Source: Azolla caroliniana
Taxonomy: Eukaryota; Plantae; Polypodiophyta
Assembly: GCA_043228905.1 (NCBI GenBank)
Contig: JBHGNT010000005.1
Coordinates: 2,108,001 to 2,172,000, forward strand
Length of the DNA: 64,000 nucleotides
Reading direction: 5' to 3'
The notes beneath the pieces are model-generated. The model was not told the origin of the DNA and did no database searches. It saw only the letters and a program-made list of their open reading frames with translations. A program made the position numbers and the translations under genes. This document shows positions 36,653-47,714 of the stretch, piece by piece; position 1 is the stretch's first letter, and each line of letters begins with the position of its first letter.

Positions 36653-36790
36653 GTCGCCGGTTCGCCGGATACTGTTGCTGGATGCCGTCGGTTACCGGTG
36701 CCGTCGCCGGATGCCGCCGGATATGGTTACCGGTGCTGTCGCCGGATGCCGGTGCTGCCGCTGGATCACCGTCGCCGGATTGCCGTCCGG
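36653..36790. repeat. GC-rich degenerate minisatellite (gtcgccggat/gccg units) in the B LTR; shorter copy at 16964-17040
   Basis: Accounts for the ~62-bp length difference between the two B LTRs. Confidence 0.8.
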
Positions 36791-39700
36791 TTCTGGTTGG
36801 CCAAAACCCTTTACGAGTAGCTAGCCCACCTCCACTCTTAGGTCAAGTTACCTTGAACTCTCTATGCTCCACGCATAGACACAAGGATAATATCTTTTGC
36901 TCCACCTTATATATGATGAGAGCTGTATTTGTCATGCCTATGTGGGATATCTCACAATTTTCTCTTTTCCTTTTACAAACTTGATACCCTCATATCTTGA
37001 CATTTAGTTGTCCGTTTCTCGTGTAATAAAGTGCATTTGAAACCTCCATCATTTTGTACTTAGATATTAAATCTATTTAAAATGTTATCTTCACAATTAT
37101 TGTACTATGTGATTCATACTCGATTTCGTACGTTTTATGGGATTTTCACACTATTACCGAAAATCTTCACGACAACGCGCATAATAATGCGACATATTTG
37201 GTGAACTCGATGTGAAAGGCGGAAAGGGAGAATGGAGTTGGAAGAAGACGACTTCACGCAAATTTTTGTCGAAGCGGTGAGGGAGTTTGGACGAGCAACA
37301 ACAAGATGGGAGACGGCGCAGCAAGCTGTTAAGTGAGTGGTCGAAAGTGTCGGCCGTTTCAACGGGGACAAAGTCCCATTCTACTTGGAAGCCTACACTG
37401 CGGAAATGGAGGAGTGAGACGTAGATGAGGAGTTGAGGCTGGGGTTCTTCTATCGGGTCGTCGGCGTTCGTATGCACGCGGAAGTGAAGGAGCTCCGAGA
37501 AGCTTATAGTTCGTGGGAGGCCTTCGAAGAGGCGCTCCTGCAAGCATATGGAGGACGGTGGAAGAGCCGGGGACGACGTGGCTTCGACCAGTCGGTGGCA
37601 TCGGCGAAGACCCACTGGGCCGCAACGAAGGCGTTCTGAGAGTTCGAGTGAGGGCTTGCTCGGCTCCCGGAGCGGGAGCAAGGTTTGGTGGGGGTGGACA
37701 AAGTCCAGTTGTTCATTATGTCAATCGACCGAGCGGAATGGGAGGCCATCGGGATTGAGCTCGAAGACGAGGACGGAGCGAATGGCCTTACGGAGGACTG
37801 GTCGAAGGTCGGAAGGGTATGGCAACGGCTAGATGACAAGCGGGCTGAAAAGGCGAGGAGGAAAGCGTGCGACGACGCGCCATCACAACGGGAAGAGGTC
37901 GAATGGCAAAGAGAGTCGGCAAGGCTCGGCTTCGGGGCCAGGATTGCGGAGGCGTACACAGTTCTCGAGGCAATGCTCGAGGAAGAGGAAAGATCGAGGC
38001 CGCAAGCCGGCGCCGAGGAGATGGACCTGCCCCACGAGATGGCAGAAGATCGGTATGACTGTACCACGGGAGAGGATGCGGAACAAAATGTCCTCTCGAG
38101 TTGCGGAGATAGAACGGCCGAGATACCGATCGCAGAATCGGAACGTTGGACTGACAGTTTTGGGCAGGTCAGCCCAAAACTCCGGATATTAGAGAAGCAA
38201 GCCCAAGCAGGGCTTGCGCGATTGGTAAGAAGACGATTACCGACCATGAGGAGCCAATGGCTACAGACAAGGGTGTAAAACGGACGACGATTCTACGCAT
38301 CTTCCCACACTTGCTCCCGAGACGATGGCAGTCAGGCCTGAGTGCCCACATGAGTCCCAAGAGGATGAAGGCAATGGCGTGGTATCGAGAATCGCCGGTG
38401 AGACGATACGGGGAAGGAACGGACAAGAGCCCTCGGAACCGATTCCGGAGAACTCAACATTTAGGCCCTTACGCCCACGTGAGACCGAGGAGATGGATGA
38501 CGATATTGAGGAGTCCTGGCACGATGCCAACGAAGATGGATGGGAAATGGCCCGCGAGAAGGTCGAAGAAAGAACCAGGAAACGACCCGACCAAGGACCG
38601 AACTGCGCGGCAGTCCCATTCGGTTGGAGCGCGATCCGGTCGTGGATTGTTCGACCGGGGCCAAAATCGGCATGAAAATGCCGAAACGGAAGAGGGTGCG
38701 GGATGAGCCGTCCTCTTTTACATGGGGAGAAAGACCGACCGGGAAAAGGTCGGGAAAAGGAAGGGAGGTGATCAAGGGTTTGGAACGCGTCCAGCAGGAT
38801 CGACATCGGAGCCAAAACTCCGAACATTAGAGAATCAAGCCCATGCAGGGCTTGATTGATCACGGAGTGGATGCTATCCACCGACACCAATGAAAGGGTC
38901 GGTGGCCTAGGACAAGCTATCAGGAGTCGTTACGAGATCAGTATCCCCACATCTTGACCGGAGACTTCGGTAGTTAGGCCGGCGTGGCAACGTGAGACTG
39001 GAAGAGAAGGTAGATGGCGGGGAAGCGCAAGGAAGGGAACCAACGACAACGAGAGAGGGAAACGGAAGAGGCGGTTGACTGAAGTATGGGTCCTCCACAC
39101 TTGTTCTTACAATTTACATTTGTTCTTACAATTTCTTACAATTTACATTTGTTCTTATTTACAAAAACATCATGTGCGTGTGCAACATTGCACACCCCGG
39201 TTTTGTTCACTCCGCTCGGTTTTCCCCCTGTGGACAAAAATCTTCACGACATCCGCCCCCACCAAACCGCACATCCACCGGCATGTGCCAAGAAGGGGAA
39301 AGAGGTGAGATTTTCGCCATGGGGATCAACTGAGTACTTAGTGTCTTTGTCAACTTTGCCCGACTTCGTCTTCCACTTCGAGCAAGCTCGTCCTTTCCAC
39401 ATGGACCACCGTAGCTTCCCGGTCCGCCATACCCTCCGTATGCTCTCGAACCGTCGGCTCCATCCGATCCACCATACTCGACGGAGTTCGCCGAACCACT
39501 GCCTCCGCCCGATCTGCCAGACCCGATCTTTGGCTTCCTTCGTTTTCCGCTTGCGACCTTGGGCCGAATCCTCGTTCTTCCCGACTGTTTGCTGGACATT
39601 GCAACGTGTGCTCTTCGTTCACGCTTGTCTCGCCTCAGCCGCTTCCTCGACTTGGCACTGTCACACGCCAAACTTCGTCGTCGATCATCCTCATGCTCGT

Positions 39701-40162
39701 CGCTTGGCCCTTACGTGGCCACATCGCATGTCTCGCACTCCGCTCCGCTCTGACCCTTTTGAAAAGGTACGTTGCTTCCACGACATCCGTGTCGGTGCTC
39801 TTGTCTTCGGTGTCCTCCGCAACCTCCGATGTTGCCGCTTCACCCTGAGGTACACCTTCTTGGTCCGCCTCGTATGTCCTCCGGATGCACTCCCGATCTC
39901 TCCGATTGCACTCCAGATTTCGCCCTTTGCGTGCCGCGTATGTTCCTCCTTTGGTTTTATCGTCTCCGCATGCCGAACACCTCGGCGTGTTGACTCTTCC
40001 TGCTCCGCGCTTGCCTTCCGTAGGCTCTTCTCGTGCGCCGATGTTGTCCCCCGAATATGCGCTCATTCTTTGGCCCTTAGGCAACCCCATTCCGCGTTCC
40101 TTGCTTCTCCTTTGCTGGTCATGCTCTCTCGCCGTAGAGCGCACCGTCATCCCGACCTCCGT

Positions 40163-43100
40163 TGTCGAGGTATTCCTCGCAGATGCGTGGAATGAGGCGG
40201 GACCTCGGGGGTCTTGTACTGAAGAGCAAGAGAGAAAGGAGAAGGAAAGAGGTCCACTAGGTGCGAGCATAGATCCACAGGGACACGGCCCTTCGACACG
40301 AAGTCGCGAGCGGGAAACCAACACAGAGAGACACGAAGGAATGTATGTGAATATTAACAAAGACAAACAACAAAAACACGAAGTCGGTTACAACCGAACA
40401 GGCCGGCGAACAGATGCCGATGCCTGTTCGTAAATGCACAGAAAGAAAGAAGTAAGTTGGAGGTGCTGCCGGAAGCACTCGGGCATTCCTCAGAGCAGCG
40501 CGAGCCTCCCGAAACCTGCACAGAAAGAAGCTATGGAGTTTGGAAGAGAGAGAAGCCTTCGGCCCACAATCCGACAACACTTCGTCCTCTCTTATTTCGC
40601 GATCCCTTCTCCCCTCCTTGTCTCCCTCCTTTTATAGGCAAGGAAGGAGCTGTTTCCTATTAACTTCCTACCTATTGAGGATCTTCTATGTACAACATAA
40701 GGCGCACGTGTATGAAGAGCCGGTTCCTATGCTCCGGTGCACCGATTCTGCTTGTGGACGGTTTTCTTCACGACATCCGCCCCCACCTAACCGCGCATCC
40801 ACCGGCATGCGCCAAATTGAGTTGGGACGGAGAAAACCGGTCCAGCCTTTATTCCCTGCCTGTCGGTTCTTCTTCGGTTTCGGATCGTTCGTCGTCCCGG
40901 TCCAGGTCAACCGGATCCGGCTCGTCGTCGTGACGCTTCTTGAACGCTTTGATCCGCTTCCCAGCTACCGGTATCGCCATTCTCATACCGTCGAGTTCCG
41001 CCAGATGGTACGTCCCGTTGTCGTTGGCGCTTTGTACCACGTAAGGCCCGAACCACCTTCTTGCGAACTTCCGTGTCGCTCGGTGCTGGTTGTTGAGACT
41101 GCTGTCGTAGACTAGCACCCAGTCGCCTTCCTCGATCTTCTTCGGTCGGAGCCGGTGCGTCCGGTCGAACCTGGCTTTGTTCCTCGTCCTAGCCACCCGA
41201 AGCTTTTCCGCAGCCTGCTCCACGTCCTCCGGTCTTCGCTCGAGCTGCCGTATGCGCGCCGTCAACAGTTCCTCCCGGCTCATCTTGTCTCTCCAGTCCA
41301 CGGTTGCCCAGGAGGAGATCGTACGTTCCATCGGCATGATCGGCTTCTGCCCAAACATGAGCTCTGCTGGCATGAATCCGGTTATCGAACTGTGCGTAGT
41401 TCGGTCCGCCCACAACGCGTAAGGCAACAGCCGCGGCCAGTTCCCGACTTGACCTCCGCATGCCCGAACTAACGCCTTGACGATCGGTCCGTGTCCGCGC
41501 TCCACCTTCCCATTCGCCTCCGGATTGTATGCAGTGGTGAGCGAGAGCTTGACTCCTAGCCGGTCGAACAACTCCTCGGCCTCTTCGGCGTCCAACTCCC
41601 TGCGATCAGCCACTATCTTCCCGACGCACCCGTACCGGCATATCACGTCCTCAATTAGGAACCGACATATGGCCGCGGTCGTTTTGTTTTGAAGGGCTCG
41701 GCCTTCTACCTGGTTCGTCAGATCTTCCCGAGCCAGGACCAGGTACCGCATCTGTCCTACTCCCATCGGCATCGTCACCAGATCTACCATCCATTTGAAG
41801 TGGATGGTCGGCGGGTACGTAGGGTGAAGCTCGTCCCGATGTTGGACTACGGAGTGCATTTGACAGCTCTCGCAAGTTGTCACGAACCGATGCACGTCCC
41901 GGTACAGTCTCGGCGACCAGTACTTCCCCTTTATCTTCTCGAACGTGGCCCACGTTCCACGGTGTCCAGCCCAAGGGCTGTCGTGGTAGGCCGTGAGCAG
42001 CTCCTCCTATTCTTCCTTCATCGCCACCACCCGGAGCGGGACGCCATTCCTCTTCTTCGGGTGCTTCCATAAGTATCCGTCCCGGAGAAAGAATCGGTAA
42101 GCTTTCTTCCGGATCCGGTTGGCCTCGTCCTTCGTCCATGACACATCCGGCGTCATTGTCCTCAAAAATCCACCGATCTGGAGCCACTCGCCGTCGTACT
42201 TGCTCTCATCGAAGTCGTTAAGTGCCGGAGTGCTCGTCCCATCGGTCGTCACGTACGCCGCCTCGAAGAAGTCCATGCCGACTTCTTCGTCCTCCGAAAC
42301 CATGCCGCCCTCGTCATCAAACCTCGCCCTCGAAAGCATGTCGGCCATGGCGTTGTCCTTTCCGGTAATGTGCCGTATTTCCCGGTCCAGGGACTTGATG
42401 TACGCTATCCACCTGAGCATCGCCAGGTCCGGTGTCGCGCATCCGGAAACCATGCCGAGAATTGGTAGGCAATCCGTCTCGATAATCACTTCCATCCCGA
42501 TCAGGTAGTCTTTGTCGGCCTTTACCGCCTCCACGGCTCCGCTGATTTCCTCGTCCGGGCCGAGAACTCCGCACGCTCGAAGTCACACTTCCGCCCTTGT
42601 CTTTTCTCGGCCAACGATGCCGACTATCATACACCCTCCGTTGTTGGAGAAGGAAAATTTCCTACCTATCGTACAGTCGTGGGGTCTTTCCCGAGTGTCC
42701 GGGCTGTCTCGGCCCCACGCCTCGGCAGCCCTCTCTAAAAATCCTCCCGGTTCTCGCCACCGAGGGATTCGCGGTTACGCTCGTGGTTCGGTCGCACCGT
42801 CAGAAATTGGACCGAATGGCGCCCATCCTGGCTTTTGACCCTCGCGTAGGCCGAACCGTTGTCCAGCACCTTGGTCTCCATTCGCGCCGCCGTGATGTAT
42901 GGTTCCCCTAATATGACCGGGTGCGAGGACGTCTCCTGTACGAAGAAGTGCTGGTCAATCTCGACGTCGCCAATCTTGACTCGCACGTTCGGGCAGGCCC
43001 CGTGCAGTTCCTCGGTGGCGCGCGTCGCCGCTCGTATCTTCCACCCGTGCTTGGTGTTGATCGACCACTTCCCCTTCTTATAGAAGTCCATGGACATCAG

Positions 43101-45212
43101 GTTTATTTCCGAACCGTGGTCCACCAATGCCACCACCGGTTCCTGAACATCTCTGATCTTTACCGGGGTCTCCGTGGTCGCTCGGGCCCAGTGCGGCCTT
43201 GAATAGTGGCTCTCCGCCCACTCATCTTCCAGCGCCATGTCGTCGATGTGCGTCGTCCGCACCTCCACCGGCCTTTCCGGTTCCATCTCCGTCGACAGCC
43301 TTTTCCGTTTCACCAGGTCCACAATGGAGTCGTGGAACTCCTTCTTTGCGATTGCTAGCACCTCTCGCAATGACAGCTCCACTTTGCTGTCGAGGATCCG
43401 TTCTTCTAGGACCTTTCGTAGGTCCGTAGTCCTTTCTATTTCCGTCCCCAGTCAGTATCCGCCCTTCCTGGGGTTATCTTGCGAGCCGGACCCACCGGCA
43501 TCGTTCCGTCGTTGCCCGAATCGGGTCTCGTACCGTTGTGAGGGCCCGGCCGCTCCGGCTTTTCCCACTCGTTTGTCTTCTACCAGAGCCTCGTAGTTCC
43601 GGCAGGCGGCTTCTACGAAGCCCGTCTTCTCCTCGACCGGATCGCTCCACCCGGTTATTTCCCGGACCCGTCTCTCAGCGTGGTCCGTTTCATCTTTCCT
43701 TAGCCGTGCGCCGGCAAGGCCTTCCAGCATTGCCGACCAGAACCCGTCCTTGGTCTCCTTTCGGGCCTCGCTGCCCCTGACCCGAATACCGGCTGACGCC
43801 GAGTAGTGGATGGCCTCCACGTCTCGGGCCGCTGCCTCTTCCATTAGTCTCTTCATACCTCCTCGCCCATCGTTTCGGTTTAGGGCCCTTCTGGTGTCGC
43901 CGGCGTGCACCCGGCCTTCCCATAGGTACACCACCCGGTTCCTCAACGCTTCTGCGAAATCGCCGCAGTCCTTCCGGATGTGGCCGACCTCGTCGCACCA
44001 CATGCACCTGTTCCCTGCTACCGGCCGTCGGTCACGAGCCGGTTCGCCGCCTTCCCTTCGAGTTTGGGCGATCTGGAGATCCTTTATCGCCCGCGTCAAC
44101 TCGTCCAGCGCTGCTCCTTCGGACGAGCCATTGACCATGCCGGTCGAAGCCGGACCGGTTTCGAGCCATTCCCGGGTTTCTTCCCTTCGCCCTTGCGGTG
44201 TCGGTTCAAGACTCCTTGCTGTGACAGAGCCCGCACCAGCCGCCCCGTTGTCAGCCCATTCTCGCCGTTTGTCGAAACGGCCACAGACTCTCTTAACCGC
44301 AGCCCAGTCGGTCGTCAGCCCATCTTCGGTTTCCAGCAAAGGAGCCGACTTGATCCCGGTCCCGCTCGTCCACCGACTTGACGAACAGTAGGACCCGGCT
44401 CGTATCCAGAACGGTTCGGTCAAGCGCCGAAAGGCGTGCAAAGCGTTCTTCGAACTCCCGGAGGAGTGCCGACGCGTTTCTTCCCTTGCCGGGGGACTCC
44501 ACCCATTCCATGAAGTCTCGTTTCGAAAGCCGAAGCGCGTTGTCCAGCCCGTATTTTTCTAGGAGTCGGCCTTCGAACTCCTCCCAGGTACGGCTCTCCG
44601 CCCGCACCTCGAGCACCTCCGCATGGATGCTCGGCATCGCCACTCGAGGGAACCTGGCAAGACGCCTCTCTTCTGGAATGTCCCGCATCAGCATTTCTGC
44701 CCCGTAGGACGCCAAATACTTCGTGGCATCCTTTCCGCTGAACCAGCCGATCGTACCGACGACCGCCTCAATGGCTCTGTCGAGGACGTCGGAGCCCTCG
44801 CGTGCGCTCAATATCCGATCCACGGCCGAAGCCATGGTCTCCGCAAGATCCGACCCTTTCATCTTCTGCTCTTCTGCCGCCTCCTTCACGTCGGGTTCAC
44901 CAAAGTGTCGAGGTATTCCTCGCGGATGCGTGGAATGAGGCGGGACCTCGGGGGTCTTGTACCGAAGAGCAAGAGAGAAAGGAGAAGGAAAGAGGTCCAC
45001 TAGGTGCGAGCGTAGATCCACAGGGACACGACCCTTCGACACGAAGACGTGAGCGGGAAACCAACACAGAGAGACACGAAGGAATGTATGTGAATATTAA
45101 CAGAGACAAACAACAAAAACACGAAGTAGGTTACAACCGAACAGGCCGGCGAACAGATGCCGATGCCTGTTCGTAAACGCACAGAAAGAAAGAAGTAAGT
45201 TGGAGGTGCTGC
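40163..45212 (-). mobile_element. Element G: A-family copy lacking RT; 3' LTR 40163-40775, 5' LTR truncated (44906-45212)
   Basis: PBS at 44885-44902, gag-PR fragments, frameshift site at 42735-42744, deletion junction at 42524-42529, and integrase at 40849-41895. Confidence 0.9.
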
Positions 45213-46936
45213 CTGTTCGTTGCCATAGCCCCTCCCAACTCCAGCTTGCCGTCTTGGTCGTGCTCGTCCGTCTTCATGCACCGGGTACTTGTTCCGTTAG
45301 CCTTGTCCGTTCCGGTCTCCGACTCCTCGCTGCCACCCGTCGTCTCTCTGGTCTTATGTTGATCCGCAACCGTACTCGTCGTGCTCTCTTGTTCTTGGCC
45401 TCTCACCGATCCGTACTCGTCGTGCCCGGTTAGCCTCCTTCTCGCTCTCACCGGCTCCCATCGTAACCGTAACCGGCCGGTAAGGAGTTGATCAAACAAT
45501 CCTAGTCTTGCCGGCTTCGTTCGGTTTGGGCCCGCTTGACCGGCCCCCGCTTCACTCTTCTTCCGCTTCGTCTTCCGGTCGAGTCGGTCCCCGACTCTCT
45601 CCTCTTTGCTGCTCCCGACCTCTCCGTCGGTCCTCTTGTATATGCCCGTTCCGGGCCTCGCATCCTCATCTTCGTACGTGTTCGCTCCGGGCCACGCCTT
45701 GTCACGGCCACCGTCCTTCTCTCCGGTCTTATGTTCGCATTCAAGCGCAACCGCCGTAGTCTCCGGCCCCGGTGGTGAGGGGTCTTGCCTCCGTCCGCTA
45801 CAATACTTGTCGTCGTCTCGGTTGCCCGCCCTGCCGCTGCCACCGCCCGTCGCTCTAGGCCTCACGCCAGCACTCGGGCCGACCGCCGGAGCCTCTAGGA
45901 CTGGTGTGTATAAGGTCGTGGCACCGCCGCTTGTCTCCTCCACACTCGATGTTTCGGGCCGCCATGTCTCTATTCTATAGTTACCGGCCTCCATGGCCGT
46001 CCCTTCACTGCAAGGCAAGAGGGTCGCTTGCTCCGCACCCTCTCCCATGTCGCCGTCGTACGTTCTCCTGGCCTCCGTATAGGCCCCGTCTTCTACGCTT
46101 AGGGAGGCTTCTTCCTCCACATCCTCTGATCGCCTCCGACCCGACTCGATAATAAGCCCTTCTTCGGCTTCGATTTTCGCCTTCACAAGCTCGCATGCCT
46201 CCCGTATTGGCACTTCTAGGTCGAGCTCCTCCAAGCCATTTTGCGTTGAGCTCTCTTCCGGCGGTAGTGCGTAGTCACTCGCCACTCTCTCTTCTCCGCC
46301 GCTCGCGGGCCGTGTTGTGGCCGACCGCCTCGCATCATGTTGCCGGCACACCCATTCCACCTCGGACCACTCCTTGGTGAGACCATGTGCTCCGTAATCA
46401 TCTTGAAGTTTGAATAAGATGTCCATCCTCTCCTCATGATAGACCGTCTTCAAAAATAGGACTTTGTCCGCCCCCACCGATCTCCGTTCCCACTCCGAGA
46501 GTTGCGAGAAACGACGCTCGAACTCTTGGAATGCCTCCATCGCGCTCCAATGACGCCTCGCCGACGCCACCCACTGATCGAACTCATGTCGACCTCTTCC
46601 TTCCGGTTCCGTGTACCCGTACGCCTCCAATAGAGCTCCTTCAAAGGACTCCCATGATTCTTGAGCTTCTCGGAGCTCCTTAACCTCTTCGTTCCTTGAT
46701 ACGGCCGCCACTCGACAAAAAAAATCTAGCCTTGTTGCTTCGTCCACGCCCTCCTTCGTCATCTCGGCATTGTATGCTTCTAAGAATCTCGGGACATTGT
46801 CCCCGTTGAACCGGCCGACTCGATCGACCACCCTTTCGACGGCTTGTTGAGCCGCATCTCGCTTCACCATCTTCCATCCGGCATCCATCATGATCTTTGC
46901 CATCATCTCCGCGAAGTCGAAGTCCTCATCTTCCAT
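45213..46936 (-). CDS. Gag-like ORF of F (capsid-like N-terminus, acidic low-complexity tail; no zinc knuckle or protease seen)
   Basis: AVERVVDRVGRFNGDNVPRFLEAYNAEM and GLTKEWSEVEWVC align with A gag (IEAVVGTIGRFDGKDATKYLASYGAEM, GLTTDWAAVRKVC). Open for about 570 codons until the G junction. Confidence 0.7.
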
Positions 46937-47714
46937 CTCCGTCCTCCCTTGCCGCCTCTTCACGTCGGGTTCACCAAATATGTCGAGTTGTTACGCTCTT
47001 CGCGTGTAGGATCCAAGGTGGGACCACTGGGGTCATGGACTAGGGAGTAGAAGAGAAAGACTAAGACAAGAAATGGAAGCTTAGCTCAAGAGGAGAAGAG
47101 GAAAGAATAAGACCATGACATAGAAGGAGAGATCGGCGGAGGCAAGATGCTCAACAAGTTATATTAAAATAAACGAATGATTACAAAATTGGTGGCCGCA
47201 TGGGCCGCACCAAACGACTATGAGAAAACCCTAACCGGGGATGAACAAGGAAACCCTAAACGAAACCCTAACCCTAAAACGGTAAGAACTCTAGACTAAG
47301 TGGTATACCTTTCATCCGCAAAATAGGCAACCCTTTCAACGGTATCCCTTCCTCTCCTTTTATAACATAAGGAGAGGAAGCCATTACAAAAGGGAGAGAC
47401 TAAATATCCCCTTCATTCAATGGGGATATTTTCTTGGATTCTTGGAGGAGGGATTGATGGGGCCCTAACTCCCACTCCTCACACATACTACTATGCCCCT
47501 TACTCACTTCGTACTCCTATGTACCTCTCTCTCGCTCATGTGGATGTGCACATAAGTGCACATCACATTTATACTTTAGGAATCTTGTGGTGCATTTCTT
47601 ACAATTTACATTTGTTCTTATTTACAAAAACATCATGTGCGTGTGCAACGTTGCACACCCCGGTTTTGCTCACTCCGCTCGGTTTTCTCCCTATGGACGA
47701 AAATCTTCACGACA

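Larger units (their letters stand above)
16450..37174 (-). mobile_element. Element B: full-length, moderately decayed Trp-primed Ty3/Gypsy; LTRs 36139-37174 and 16450-17382 + 24617-24657
   Basis: TSD ACGC at 16446-16449 and 37175-37178. LTR terminal inverted repeat TGTCGTGAAGAT/ATCTTCACGACA. PBS at 36113-36130 and PPT ggtgggggtgga at 24658-24669. Hosts A and C. Confidence 0.95.
15694..39095 (+). mobile_element. Element E: non-autonomous Gag-only LTR element (5' LTR 15694-16449 + 37179-37194, split by B)
   Basis: LTR starts TGTCGTGA and ends GCGACA, with TATA at 15850 and (TC)n at 16287-16350. Decayed Trp PBS tggtgaactcgatgtgaa at 37199-37216. Degenerate gag (VGRFNGDKVPFYLEAY, GANGLTEDWSKV) and no pol. 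The 3' boundary is lost at a deletion near 39095. Confidence 0.7.
39100..47714 (-). mobile_element. Element F: non-autonomous Gag-only LTR element; 5' LTR 46981-47714, truncated 3' LTR ~39100-39251; hosts G
   Basis: Matching LTR starts (tgtcgtgaagatttt..), Trp PBS at 46959-46976, PPT at 39252-39263. No RT or integrase in its own visible sequence. Confidence 0.8.

Noticed and set aside
39086-40195. 369-aa plus-strand ORF
   Set aside because: It crosses the F LTR, F internal region and G LTR junctions, so it is a chance antisense frame.
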